DNA from: a virus
Taxonomy: Duplodnaviria; Caudoviricetes
DNA length: 56,130 bases
Reading direction: 5' to 3' (one strand)
Virus record (IMG/VR): IMGVR_UViG_3300022751_000019
Span: 1-56,130 of that record
Position numbers and translations under genes: made by a program. Below are positions 46,459-56,119 of this stretch, in pieces; the first letter of the stretch is position 1; every line of letters begins with the position of its first letter. The notes under the pieces are model-generated. The model searched no databases, was not told the DNA's origin, and saw only the letters and a program-made list of their open reading frames with translations.

Positions 46459-48312
46459 TTAAAATTTAATGTCTTCTAAAGGGATTGGGTTCATTGCCAG
46501 TTCTTCAAATGTCTTAATGCTTTCTTGTGGAGAAAAAGCCATGGGTTTGACAGGTTGCTCTTGGTCGTCAATCAGATAGTTTTTATTATTCCAAGTGGTT
46601 TGACCGATTGAGTTTGTTCCTAATTGGAAGCCTTCTACCAAATCATTGAACCTTCCGCTATTAATATTCCAACCTAAATAAACTTCTGCGTTATTCTCTC
46701 CAAGGTTATCAAATTTTACTTTTAACACTTTTACCAAAGTAACATTTTCGTCATAATCTCTGTGAACTAAAAGGCCATGGGGTGACATATCATAAAATTC
46801 TCCACCTCCTTTGATGTCATAAAAAGTAGGTTGCGGGATTGTTAAAGAGCCTTTTACTTTAGTCATTTTTACAGGGTGTGCCACTAGTATAATTAATAAA
46901 TCCCATTTCTTGCAAAACATATCAATCTCATTCAAATAGTCGTTTGTGTAATCATTGACATTTTTATGCATAGACCTTTTTAAACGAATCTTATTGTAAG
47001 GGTCAATCACTAACAATTTAATACCTCTTCTTTTTACCAGTTCTTCTGCTTTTTTCAATACCTTTTCCAAATCAAAACCATCTTCATAATCAATAAAGTT
47101 GAAGTTTCTTTCCAGATGCTCTTCTGCTGCTACCCATCCTTTACGCTCCAAATCAAAAGTGTTGCCATGGCGTGGCGTAAAACCAGATAGCTTTCTAAGT
47201 AATTTATTGGCGTGTAAAAATGTAGGCTTATTTTCTCCAGAAGCAAAAGCAGTTACCCATCCGTAATTTATATTATAACCTATTGCCATCTGGTCTACAA
47301 AGTCACTTTTGCCCGAACTTGGTATGCCAGTCACCACTATAAACTGCTTGGTATAAGTAGAAAAAACTTTATCAAAGCTTTCTAATCCTATGGTAAAACC
47401 TCTTTTTTGTCCGTTAAGATAATAATTTCGCAAATCCTCTTTAACATCTTTGTAAGTAAGAACATTCTCTAAAGGCACAGGCTTAGCTTCGTCCAAGGTC
47501 TTAACAAGTTCCTCTTTTCCATACTTTAACAGATATTCGTTCGCATCCTTACAATCTTTAAAGTCTACAACCAGGCACTTTTCAGAACCTATCCGACGAA
47601 TTAATTCCTGCCCTCCCTTCTTTCCTGCCTCATCGTTATCCGTGGCAATGTACACCTTAGTAATATTATCAAAGATTCCGTAATAATCATCTAAGTAACT
47701 TAGTACAGGTTCGCCTTTAATACTAAATCCATTCGGCACACTAACCACATTCCAAAGTCCTGCTTCAACATACGAACAGGCATCTATTTCTCCCTCAACT
47801 ATAATACACTCTTTTTGACCTATGATATTATCTAAATTATAGAAAATCAGTTCAGCATCTTTAATGAATTTAAAGTCCTTTTGAGCGGCTCTAAACTTGG
47901 TATTGGTAAGTTTACCTTGGAAGTAGTAATTAAACTCAATACAAAGAGCGTTTGCCCCGTTTTTAGGCATCCATTCATAACCTTCTGATATTTTCAAAAC
48001 ATTTAAAGTACTTTCGCTGATACCACGGTCATTTTTAAAGTAATCCAATATCTTTTGAGAGAAATTAGATTTAGGCTTGGGTACGGGTTTAAAGTACTGT
48101 TTGATTTCTTCGTTTTTCTTATAGGTGTGAAGCTGTACTCTTGCCCCACAATGATTGCACTGTCCTAATCCTGTATCCCAAAAAACACTCATACACTTCT
48201 CGTGCTTCTTTTTTCTATGCTCACTACATTCGGGACAAGTAGAAGTAGTGGCTTTTGCTGGGATACCATGGACATTGTACTGGTCTATTGTGAATCCATT
48301 TATTTCGGCCAT
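46459..48312 (-). CDS. Bifunctional primase-helicase (T7 gp4/Twinkle-like)
   Basis: Zn finger CPEC/CNHC; [32 protein letters not shown]; Walker A GIPSSGKS; IDPYN; VAHP. Confidence 0.95.
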   Translation of the reverse strand: MAEINGFTIDQYNVHGIPAKATTSTCPECSEHRKKKHEKCMSVFWDTGLGQCNHCGARVQLHTYKKNEEIKQYFKPVPKPKSNFSQKILDYFKNDRGISESTLNVLKISEGYEWMPKNGANALCIEFNYYFQGKLTNTKFRAAQKDFKFIKDAELIFYNLDNIIGQKECIIVEGEIDACSYVEAGLWNVVSVPNGFSIKGEPVLSYLDDYYGIFDNITKVYIATDNDEAGKKGGQELIRRIGSEKCLVVDFKDCKDANEYLLKYGKEELVKTLDEAKPVPLENVLTYKDVKEDLRNYYLNGQKRGFTIGLESFDKVFSTYTKQFIVVTGIPSSGKSDFVDQMAIGYNINYGWVTAFASGENKPTFLHANKLLRKLSGFTPRHGNTFDLERKGWVAAEEHLERNFNFIDYEDGFDLEKVLKKAEELVKRRGIKLLVIDPYNKIRLKRSMHKNVNDYTNDYLNEIDMFCKKWDLLIILVAHPVKMTKVKGSLTIPQPTFYDIKGGGEFYDMSPHGLLVHRDYDENVTLVKVLKVKFDNLGENNAEVYLGWNINSGRFNDLVEGFQLGTNSIGQTTWNNKNYLIDDQEQPVKPMAFSPQESIKTFEELAMNPIPLEDIKF

Positions 48313-49232
48313 CTTTCTAGGTAGTTTGCAGGTCTTGGAACTTGTTTAAAAATATAACCACCGCCTTTGCCATTTTCAACGAGCAACGGCCAGTTTTCTT
48401 TGGTTGTTCTTGCAGGTATAGGACTTGCCTGTGAAGTGTAGTAAACATACTTGTCTTCCTGTTCTGCCATGGCATTAGATTCTCTGAAATCAGAAGCCTT
48501 GGCTTTTAACCAGTTAAAGAAATGCTTCTTGCTTTCGTAAATATCCCTTGGCAAATCATCGGACTCATCACAGAAACAAACAAAGTCGGCAAGGATTGCA
48601 TAATTTTTTTGTTCGTCTTTAAATCCGTTTCTTGAAAAGTGTTCCTTGATTTTATTATCTAAAGCCATGGCTATGAATGTTTCTTTCTTTCCTAGTTTGT
48701 CTTTACTGGTATAAAGTTTTGCCTCTAATCTATTAAGGTCAATAAACGAAGGTAAAGCATCATCATTTTTGTTGTTACTATTCTCTTCTATTTTCTTTTC
48801 TTCTATTATCTTTTCTATATTGCTTTTTTTGGGTTCGTCTTGGGTTAGCGAAACAAAACCGTTCGGTTTTTCTTGGGTTTCTTCTGGGTTTTCTTTGGGT
48901 TTTTTATTCTTCAAAGGTCTGCCTCCTTTGCTACCGTTTTTCTTGTTCTTTTCGCTCAATTCTCTGTACTGCTCGAATTGTTCATCAAGGAAATTAATAG
49001 TAATATTATCACCGTTTAACTTGATGATTTTAAATTCAACAAGAGAATTAAAACTAGGCTCTTTGCAAGTTCTGAATCTACGCTTTGCCAAGGTCATAGT
49101 AAGCTCACAGCCTCTACTCCAGTACAAGGCACAGATATTTATAAATAAGCCTTGGGTTTCCATATCCTCCATGGCTATATCCCCTGTGACCCATTCACCA
49201 ATGTAGAATTTAAAGTAAGGTAATTCTGTCAT
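48300..49232 (-). CDS. Replication initiator (lambda O/YdaU-like)
   Basis: LPYFKFY..EW, G....YW, N.KNG.KGGRP; internal iterons; upstream of the helicase. Confidence 0.8.
   Translation of the reverse strand: MTELPYFKFYIGEWVTGDIAMEDMETQGLFINICALYWSRGCELTMTLAKRRFRTCKEPSFNSLVEFKIIKLNGDNITINFLDEQFEQYRELSEKNKKNGSKGGRPLKNKKPKENPEETQEKPNGFVSLTQDEPKKSNIEKIIEEKKIEENSNNKNDDALPSFIDLNRLEAKLYTSKDKLGKKETFIAMALDNKIKEHFSRNGFKDEQKNYAILADFVCFCDESDDLPRDIYESKKHFFNWLKAKASDFRESNAMAEQEDKYVYYTSQASPIPARTTKENWPLLVENGKGGGYIFKQVPRPANYLERWPK
48781..48901. repeat. Putative replication origin: 11-bp-phased TGGGTT iterons plus pyrimidine/AT-rich tract
   Basis: TGGGTT at 48830, 48841, 48874, 48885, 48896 and TCGGTT at 48863. 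Confidence 0.65.
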
Positions 49233-49546
49233 TTTACTGTCTTATCTATAATGAGTTTCACAAGATTAAAATAAACTGTCGGGTGATTTGAGATAGGAAC
49301 TTTAGCTATTTCCTTATAAAGTTCGTTCTTTACTTTCTCAAATAATGGGTGACATTCGCAACACAAAGTGTGAAGGGTTTTGTTGTCGTATTCCCAAGCC
49401 ATCAGCCCCTTTTCATAATAGCCATGGTGTACCTGTAAATTCAAGTTGTCACGACCACAGTTCAAACAAGCGAATTTATCTCGCTTAAATATAGATAGCC
49501 TTTTCTTTTGCCATCTAGGGTCTTTTAATTGTTCCGCGTATGTCAT
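49229..49546 (-). CDS. HNH endonuclease (start revised to 49546)
   Basis: Y..QL.DPRWQKKR...RD.F.C..C...LQVHH..Y...LC..CH. Confidence 0.85.
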   Translation of the reverse strand: MTYAEQLKDPRWQKKRLSIFKRDKFACLNCGRDNLNLQVHHGYYEKGLMAWEYDNKTLHTLCCECHPLFEKVKNELYKEIAKVPISNHPTVYFNLVKLIIDKTVK

Positions 49547-49548
49547 AT

Positions 49549-49566
49549 TAGTTAAATGTTTTAACT
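49549..49566. promoter_or_regulatory. Palindromic operator copy 1 (AGTTAAA-N3-TTTAACT)
   Basis: TAGTTAAATGTTTTAACT; 17/18 identical to 49749-49766. Confidence 0.65.
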
Positions 49567-49583
49567 GGTAGTACAAAAAAATA

Positions 49584-49739
49584 TCAAGGTAGAACTACTA
49601 AAACGCTACCTTTAATCACTAAGGATTTAACTCTCTGGTTATCAATCATTTTTGAAACTGCCGCAGGGCTTACCCCTTTTAATCTGGCATATTCTGATTG
49701 AGTAATCAATTTGTCGCTATCAATCATTTTCTTATCCAT
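49584..49739 (-). CDS. Small HTH DNA-binding protein (51 aa, not in ORF track)
   Basis: Hand translation MDKKMIDSDKLITQSEYARLKGVSPAAVSKMIDNQRVKSLVIKGSVLVVLP. Confidence 0.75.
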   Translation of the reverse strand: MDKKMIDSDKLITQSEYARLKGVSPAAVSKMIDNQRVKSLVIKGSVLVVLP

Positions 49740-49742
49740 GAA

Positions 49743-49766
49743 CAAATGTAGTTAAAGGTTTTAACT
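49743..49766 (-). promoter_or_regulatory. Promoter TACATTTG overlapped by operator copy 2
   Basis: CAAATGTA at 49743-49750; TAGTTAAAGGTTTTAACT at 49749-49766. Confidence 0.7.
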
Positions 49767-49808
49767 TTACAAAATTATTTCCAAACTATTTTTCAATTAT
49801 TTACAATC

Positions 49809-50072
49809 TTAGTTAAATCTTTCTTGGTCAAACTTTTTACCGACTTCTATTATTTGATTAAGTGCAAACTCTTCTGTTGAGTAATCCCATTGAACAATCT
49901 TTTTATTTTTGATAAGTCTTTCAAATAATCCGATTAATGTTTCTCTATATTCCTGTGTTGGCATCTCGTCCGCCACTTCATAGAGATTGTTTAACTCAAA
50001 ATAAGCTAAATCTATTTGTACTATTGCATCGAATTGTTCTTCCGATTCCATTATTTCTGATATACCTTTCAT
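49809..50072 (-). CDS. Hypothetical protein
   Basis: 87 aa ORF. Confidence 0.6.
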   Translation of the reverse strand: MKGISEIMESEEQFDAIVQIDLAYFELNNLYEVADEMPTQEYRETLIGLFERLIKNKKIVQWDYSTEEFALNQIIEVGKKFDQERFN

Positions 50073-50100
50073 ATTTTTAATACATTTTAAATGTAAATAC

Positions 50101-50391
50101 CTAATTGATTAAATTATCCCATGCTAAAGACCACTCAATAGTTTCTACCTTTTTTAAAGATAAAATACAATACCCCTCTTCAAGTCCATATTGTCCACCA
50201 TCTAAAATATATCCTATTTTAGCCTTTACTTCTCTTCGCCCGTAAGTATTGGTTTCTGGGTAATATTCCTTTAGTCTGAGTATATCTCCCTTTTGGAAAT
50301 CTCTATCGTTTTTTCGTAACTCAAAAGTTTTCTCTCTTATCCACAGAGACTCAAAAAATGGATTGATTGTTTTTAATTCATGTGTTTTCAT
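50101..50391 (-). CDS. DUF3850/ASCH domain protein
   Basis: HELK..P.FF......KTFELRKNDRDFQKGD.L.L.EY. Confidence 0.88.
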   Translation of the reverse strand: MKTHELKTINPFFESLWIREKTFELRKNDRDFQKGDILRLKEYYPETNTYGRREVKAKIGYILDGGQYGLEEGYCILSLKKVETIEWSLAWDNLIN

Positions 50392-51059
50392 AAGTATATT
50401 CCTAATTGATTATTATACAATTCTCTTAATTCTAATCTTTCTAAAGTAGAGTAGGTTAAATCAGCTTTTTTAAGCTCTCTAACTATTTCTCTGGCTATTA
50501 CTATCTTCTCTTTGAGGGTTTCTTTGTCAAACTTAATATGTTGATACTTTAATCTTAATCCCTCTACAAATTCTAAATGACTAAGTCCAAAGATAGTATA
50601 AAGACCAATTCTATAATTATGAATATCTCCACTCTTGTACTGGTTAGAATGGACACCCTGAGCGTAGATATTAAATAGATTAAATCTTAAAAACCCTGCC
50701 GCACTGCAACTTATGAAATGTCCTGCATCGAATTTGTTACAAGTCTTTTGAGAACTGATACATACGTGTCCCTTGTCTATTAATCTAACAATAGTATTAA
50801 TCTCTTTTTGAAGCTCTTTTGTATAGTCAGATAGGCTTTTAACTGATTCTTTCATGCGAATAGCACGGGCTTTAACTTCTACCTTGTGTTGTTTTTCAAG
50901 AACCTTAGAGGTTATAGTCATTTTTCTTTTTCCCTCTGGGGAGTTAAGCCAAGCTATCTTACATTCCGTTCCACAGAAATGATAAATCCCGTTACTTTGG
51001 GGTATTATATTCTTTCTGCATCCTTTACAACGTACCAGTTTAATTTCCATTTCTCTCAA
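50388..51059 (-). CDS. ninG: NinG/Rap-family recombination endonuclease
   Basis: N-terminal C..C...FC..EC; VRLID...CISS...DAGHF; LRFN..NI..Q...N. Confidence 0.85.
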   Translation of the reverse strand: MREMEIKLVRCKGCRKNIIPQSNGIYHFCGTECKIAWLNSPEGKRKMTITSKVLEKQHKVEVKARAIRMKESVKSLSDYTKELQKEINTIVRLIDKGHVCISSQKTCNKFDAGHFISCSAAGFLRFNLFNIYAQGVHSNQYKSGDIHNYRIGLYTIFGLSHLEFVEGLRLKYQHIKFDKETLKEKIVIAREIVRELKKADLTYSTLERLELRELYNNQLGIYL

Positions 51060-51978
51060 ATTGCTCCATTTGTTGGACGTTCTCTAATTTCTTTAAAATA
51101 TCACCCTGACCATAACCACGCCCTGAGGCTATTTGTTCTGACTGTCTATCTTTAAGCATTTTAATAGTCTGCATGGCATGATTAGAACTCATAGACGGTA
51201 GTTCTCTAAATATTGCTTGACTTTGTTCTGGAGAGATATTTGCACTTACTAGTAAGGTTTCAATAGTTGCTTCCTGACTTGCAGTAATTGCGTAGTCTTG
51301 CTCATCCAGTTCAATAGCAGAAGCCAGTTTATCCCATTTTGCAGACTTAGGAAGGTATTTAACAGCTCTACGAATAACCGTTTTGCGGCACATTTCAGCA
51401 AAATCACTATCCCAGATACACGAGTTTATTTTTCCAGCTACCTTAGCTTTATAGGATTCTGAACGCCCTCTAATTTCTTCCAGCTCAGCGATGTTCATTG
51501 TTTCAAACTGTAATGAACCATCTGCTAATTTAGATTGAGCATAAACCCCTACAATATCGTCGTTACTTCTTTTCTCAAAGGGGTTCATTTCGTGTTCTAT
51601 CCCAAAATTGGTAGCTTTGAATTTATCCCCTTTATAGACCAGATAACACGCAACCGATGAAACACTACCCGTGTCTGTTAAAAGTTTAACCAAGCCTTGA
51701 TACGAGGGCTCTAAATAGGCTTCCATCATCTTTGATGAACTATTCCAGCGAGGAACTAAGTAGGCGAGTTTTAAAACAGGATTTAAAGAAAGTCCTACGT
51801 TAGCGACATTCATAATTGCAGCTAAAATAGAGTTCGTGTCACACCCTGCAATAGATTTGTTTTTAGCGACAATTTGCCTGGCGAATGAGATTTCTTTTTG
51901 ATAGAATTCTTCACTGGTAAGTTTGATAAACTTCTTTTCACTCTCTTCTGAGAGTTGAGGTAATTGAATATTTGACAT
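51040..51978 (-). CDS. recT: RecT-family single-strand annealing protein
   Basis: GLSLNP...AYLVP, SYQGLV.L, VY.GD.F, W.SDF.EM.RKTVIRR..KYLP. Confidence 0.92.
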   Translation of the reverse strand: MSNIQLPQLSEESEKKFIKLTSEEFYQKEISFARQIVAKNKSIAGCDTNSILAAIMNVANVGLSLNPVLKLAYLVPRWNSSSKMMEAYLEPSYQGLVKLLTDTGSVSSVACYLVYKGDKFKATNFGIEHEMNPFEKRSNDDIVGVYAQSKLADGSLQFETMNIAELEEIRGRSESYKAKVAGKINSCIWDSDFAEMCRKTVIRRAVKYLPKSAKWDKLASAIELDEQDYAITASQEATIETLLVSANISPEQSQAIFRELPSMSSNHAMQTIKMLKDRQSEQIASGRGYGQGDILKKLENVQQMEQFERNGN

Positions 51979-52032
51979 AGTTATGATTGAGTTTTAAGTT
52001 TAAATGTCCCGTCTCTACTTCCTCAGAAACGG

Positions 52033-52542
52033 TTAAAGGGGTTGTAAAGTAGTATAAATATTATTTCTATTAAACTGAATAACCGAATTATTGGGGTTAA
52101 AATAGTTTTCTAAATAAAAACACCCGTCTATAAAGTTACGTATTAGCAGAGAAAACAGCCTATTAGATTCTTCAATTTCTTCTAAGGATGGACATAAAGA
52201 AAAACAATAAGCCTCTTCTAATTCCGATACAATCATGCCTGTATATAAGGGGCAGTTTAATTTGTATTTGTCTACAAACACATCTGCCATGCACCACACA
52301 CAAATGCATTCTTTTTCTCTAAGTAGATATACTAGAGTAGAGTTTACTACAAACCTTTTAAAGCCTATTAATCCGTCTCCAGAGCCATGTCCTAACATGA
52401 TTACTCTATCAGATTCTTTTATTTGCTTCTTTAAGTAACTATGCGAGACGTTAGAATTGATAACAGTAAAATTCTTATCTCTGTACACCTCCTTTAACAT
52501 ATCAGTTGTAGAGTCTTTTGGGTGTATAACTAAGGTTTTCAT
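52033..52542 (-). CDS. Hypothetical protein, possible clan CD peptidase-like fold
   Basis: VIMLGHG and CICVWC. Confidence 0.5.
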   Translation of the reverse strand: MKTLVIHPKDSTTDMLKEVYRDKNFTVINSNVSHSYLKKQIKESDRVIMLGHGSGDGLIGFKRFVVNSTLVYLLREKECICVWCMADVFVDKYKLNCPLYTGMIVSELEEAYCFSLCPSLEEIEESNRLFSLLIRNFIDGCFYLENYFNPNNSVIQFNRNNIYTTLQPL

Positions 52543-52579
52543 AGTTTATATTTTATTTAATCCCTATTAGGGGAGAGGG

Positions 52580-53095
52580 TTAATTTATTCTCGGTAAAAT
52601 ATCTTTTAATTTTCCATTTAAAGACAAAACACATAGTTTCGCATCATCCTGTTCCTTATAGCAGTTTAAATAAGCCTCATCGGAATCTTTGTAAATTATA
52701 ACAAAGCATCTTAGATTATTTTTATTAAACTTAATTAGAATGCTTTTGTCGGGTGTCATTTCAAAAATAACCTTTGACGCTCCTACTAAGTTTTGTAGTG
52801 CTTCATAGATAACATAATCTTCTGGCTTTTTAACGGTAGACTCTTCAATTTCCTTATCATCTTTTGTTAGTTCGATGAACTCGGAGAGCGTAAGGATTTT
52901 ATCAAACTTTACAGAATACTCTGTTATTTCAAGTACTCCTTTCTTTCCTATCCCATAGTACCTTTCAAATATACCTCTTACATGAAGGGGTTCTTCTGCT
53001 CCATCGTTAAGATACTTAACAACCGTATCTTTAAACAATCGTGAGCCATCATTTTTAACTCCCCAACTTGGATACTTATCTTCTATTCTTCTCAT
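52580..53095 (-). CDS. Hypothetical protein
   Basis: 171 aa ORF. Confidence 0.7.
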   Translation of the reverse strand: MRRIEDKYPSWGVKNDGSRLFKDTVVKYLNDGAEEPLHVRGIFERYYGIGKKGVLEITEYSVKFDKILTLSEFIELTKDDKEIEESTVKKPEDYVIYEALQNLVGASKVIFEMTPDKSILIKFNKNNLRCFVIIYKDSDEAYLNCYKEQDDAKLCVLSLNGKLKDILPRIN

Positions 53096-53251
53096 AGTTC
53101 TGCTTTATTAAAATCATTATTAAATAATCTTTTTGCCATCTTTTTTAACCTTCTCCTGATTCTTTTTCTAGTAGGATTGTTTTTACCATGCCTAAAATCT
53201 TCGCTATTATAATTAGCCTTCATGTACTTAATTAGGATGTTGTCCATAACC

Positions 53252-53452
53252 TTATCTCTGTAAAAATATTTTAATAGTCTTCTTTAAATCCGTTCCCCAT
53301 TTAATTGATAATCTCTCAATCTCTTTTAGCTTAATAGCTGCTAAAGACTCATCTTTCTGTGCTACTCTTGTTCTGCCGTTACGCTTGCTAAGGCTCTTGC
53401 AGAAAAGTAAGTATTCAGTACCTACTTCTTGTATTTTGTCTTGGGTTGTCAT
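53252..53452 (-). CDS. Hypothetical protein
   Basis: 66 aa ORF. Confidence 0.55.
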   Translation of the reverse strand: MTTQDKIQEVGTEYLLFCKSLSKRNGRTRVAQKDESLAAIKLKEIERLSIKWGTDLKKTIKIFLQR

Positions 53453-53871
53453 TTCTTATCTTCGGTAACTGGTACAGGTTCTTTTTCGTCTTCAATTAAT
53501 TGCTTTTCTTCAATCAGGTAATCTTTCAAAGCTTGTTTAGCCTCACAATAAGTATCAAACTTATCAGCATTTTTAAATCTACGCAAGGGAAATGCTTCTC
53601 CAGAGAAGTTGCCATGCCATAAGTATGTATCAGATTCCATCCTATCCATAAACCTTTCTTTATAATAAAGATGTACATAGTATTTGTCATACTTCTTTTC
53701 AATCCGATGTTCAGCAGGAACACTAAAACTACAATCATTCTCATTAGGTTTAACTATTTGCTGAAAGTCAATTTTGTTTATCGGAACTAAAAAGCATTGC
53801 CCAAACATAAATCCTAAGCCAAAAACTACAAACAGTATTGCTACTACACCTAAAACAGATAGTCCTTTCAT
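53449..53871 (-). CDS. Hypothetical protein with N-terminal TM
   Basis: 140 aa ORF. Confidence 0.7.
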   Translation of the reverse strand: MKGLSVLGVVAILFVVFGLGFMFGQCFLVPINKIDFQQIVKPNENDCSFSVPAEHRIEKKYDKYYVHLYYKERFMDRMESDTYLWHGNFSGEAFPLRRFKNADKFDTYCEAKQALKDYLIEEKQLIEDEKEPVPVTEDKK

Positions 53872-54599
53872 ACTTTCTCACATTTAAAACTCAACTCGTA
53901 GCCAGCCTCTTTAGCTAATTTAACAATCTCGTCTATTTGAGGTTGAAAGGGTAGAGGTGCTTCGTAGGGTTTAACATCTCTTACATGGCGAAAAACATTA
54001 CATTCGCCTTCGTTATAATAAACTACAAATCCATCCTTGTGTGTGTCGAAATAGTTCATAGGAGTATTTTCAAAATGCTCAAATAAAAAGCCTTTAATTA
54101 AAACTTTTTGCCCACGTTCTGGCACCCATTCGGTACCATCATTTGAACTGATAGAACTAAATCCCTTTGGGGTAAGATTATAAAACACAATAAAACATGA
54201 ATTTAATAATTTATTTAAATCTAACAATGTTGAATCGTCAGCTTGGATGGCTAATCCATAGGTTGAGCTACGTCTTATTTGGTATGGCTTATCTTTAGTA
54301 ATTAAAGTTCCAATGTCTTGTGTAGAAGCTATCCAATTGCCAATATCCAACTTTAATTCTTCTTTGATGTCTATTAGTTCAAAGAACTCATCAAGAAGAA
54401 GAGGTTCGCACACGTCTGTTTTTCTACCCCAAACAAAAAGTCTTCCATTTACTCCGTATTTGTCTAAAACATACGTTCTTGATTGTCCACATGCCTCTGT
54501 GTATATCTCTTTAAATTCTTGTAATCTGGGGTGATTGCATTCTGCCTTGATATTTACATACCACATTTTCGGCAATTTTGTTAAATCGTATTTTTTCAT
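53868..54599 (-). CDS. Hypothetical protein
   Basis: 243 aa ORF. Confidence 0.75.
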   Translation of the reverse strand: MKKYDLTKLPKMWYVNIKAECNHPRLQEFKEIYTEACGQSRTYVLDKYGVNGRLFVWGRKTDVCEPLLLDEFFELIDIKEELKLDIGNWIASTQDIGTLITKDKPYQIRRSSTYGLAIQADDSTLLDLNKLLNSCFIVFYNLTPKGFSSISSNDGTEWVPERGQKVLIKGFLFEHFENTPMNYFDTHKDGFVVYYNEGECNVFRHVRDVKPYEAPLPFQPQIDEIVKLAKEAGYELSFKCEKV

Positions 54600-54609
54600 T
54601 GTTATTAAA

Positions 54610-54885
54610 TTAAAAGGTTAATAAAGGGTAGTGTAACAAATCAATTCTTTCAAGTAGCACCTTAGAGGTTTCTTCAAAAATTGCAACATTCGTTTGTGTC
54701 TCGATAAGTTCATCGTCGTCTTTATCTTCGTCAACCATTTGGTTTAAGTGAATCTGTTTTTTCGCTGCCACTTCTAAGACTAACTCATTTGCTCTTTTAA
54801 GACAGGAAATTACTGTATCAAGTTTTATTCTATTGAAGTTATCCATCTTGCAAGTCCGTTTAGTATCTGCCATAACACTACACAC
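54610..54885 (-). CDS. Hypothetical protein
   Basis: 91 aa ORF; start uncertain. Confidence 0.55.
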   Translation of the reverse strand: MCSVMADTKRTCKMDNFNRIKLDTVISCLKRANELVLEVAAKKQIHLNQMVDEDKDDDELIETQTNVAIFEETSKVLLERIDLLHYPLLTF

Positions 54886-54952
54886 CCGAAAGTTATAAAA
54901 GTTGTTATGACAAATAGGTTAAAAATGTGTTTTGAGTACTTAATAAGCTTTA

Positions 54953-55171
54953 TCATAAGTTATTTTCTTTTTCAAACACATGAATCATGCCCATTAAAGG
55001 AAATACTTTTGCACTCCTAAGAGACCGTATAAGCGATTCTCTGCTCTTGTAGCCGCATATCTCGGCGACCTGCTTATCAATCCACCCGTAGTGGGTTTTC
55101 ATGCGTTTGTAGCGTTGTTTCCAAGTCATATGATTAGTTATTAAATTTATAGCCATCCCATCCTTTTTCAT
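54953..55171 (-). CDS. Small HTH-like protein
   Basis: W.DKQVAEICGYKSRESL. Confidence 0.55.
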   Translation of the reverse strand: MKKDGMAINLITNHMTWKQRYKRMKTHYGWIDKQVAEICGYKSRESLIRSLRSAKVFPLMGMIHVFEKENNL

Positions 55172-55351
55172 TCATTTTTTCCTGAATGAATTTGTAAAGT
55201 GAAGATTTACACTTGGCAATTCGTTATGAAAATCATATACTATCTCTCTAACAGCATGAGTAAACTCAACAAGACCGCTATTAGAAGATGTGTTTGCAAA
55301 TCTTCTTGAATCATTATATGCCGAGCGAATGTTTGATATTGAGGCTTTCAT
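55172..55351 (-). CDS. Hypothetical protein (start revised to MKASIS)
   Basis: First gene after the promoter at 55396. Confidence 0.55.
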   Translation of the reverse strand: MKASISNIRSAYNDSRRFANTSSNSGLVEFTHAVREIVYDFHNELPSVNLHFTNSFRKK

Positions 55352-55395
55352 TGTTTTAAGGTTTAATGTTATCAGCAACGAAGCAGATAACATTA

Positions 55396-55423
55396 CAAAT
55401 GTACGAATAGAAACATATATGTT
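55396..55423 (-). promoter_or_regulatory. Promoter TACATTTG with adjacent palindrome AACATATATGTT
   Basis: CAAATGTA at 55396-55403; palindrome at 55412-55423. Confidence 0.6.
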
Positions 55424-55796
55424 CCAAATAATATTACAAGTATTTTTAAAAGTTCTTTATAAAGTGCAATAAGAGATTAGAAAAGTTAAAATCTTACCAT
55501 ATCTTAAAATAGTTTAAGTGCCAGTACACAGCCAAAAGCAACAGGGACACGAAAATAAGACACCGTAGGGCGATAATTAAAGGCTTATGGACTTCTTGAT
55601 AAGCCAGTCTTTTAATGTGGTTGAGAATAAAGGTTTTCATAGATTTAAAAGGATTAAAGATAATATAAAACTAATTAATTGAACAGATGCTAAAGCGTAC
55701 CACTCTAAGAACTTACCAGTCTTTTTATAGTACCACAGAGAGGCGAAAAAGGATAATAGAAAAGCGATTAGACTAGATAGAAAGAGGGTCATAACC

Positions 55797-55997
55797 TTAA
55801 TCTTTTAATGATACATAAATATATCTAGCATAGAGCAAACAAAACAGTGATACAAACCCTGTGCCTATCTGCATAACGAGCTTAGTTTCTTTCTCAAAAC
55901 CCTTAGCTAAACAACTACACCCAAATAGATATACGCATAACAACCCCGTGAGAATTAAAGTCCACATGATGAACGATAGTGTTGATTGATGTTTCAT
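55797..55997 (-). CDS. Small two-TM membrane protein
   Basis: 66 aa, hydrophobic. Confidence 0.6.
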   Translation of the reverse strand: MKHQSTLSFIMWTLILTGLLCVYLFGCSCLAKGFEKETKLVMQIGTGFVSLFCLLYARYIYVSLKD

Positions 55998-56119
55998 AAT
56001 TTCGCTATTGATTTTCTGATTATAGATAGATTTTCTGAATGTATGTCGTTGTTCTTATTAGAGTAGACATTTGCAAAGGAAAACTCTAATCCATTGATGC
56101 CAATTACAAAAGAATTTTC
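55994..56119. repeat. Terminal direct repeat, right copy
   Basis: Identical to 1-126. Confidence 0.95.
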
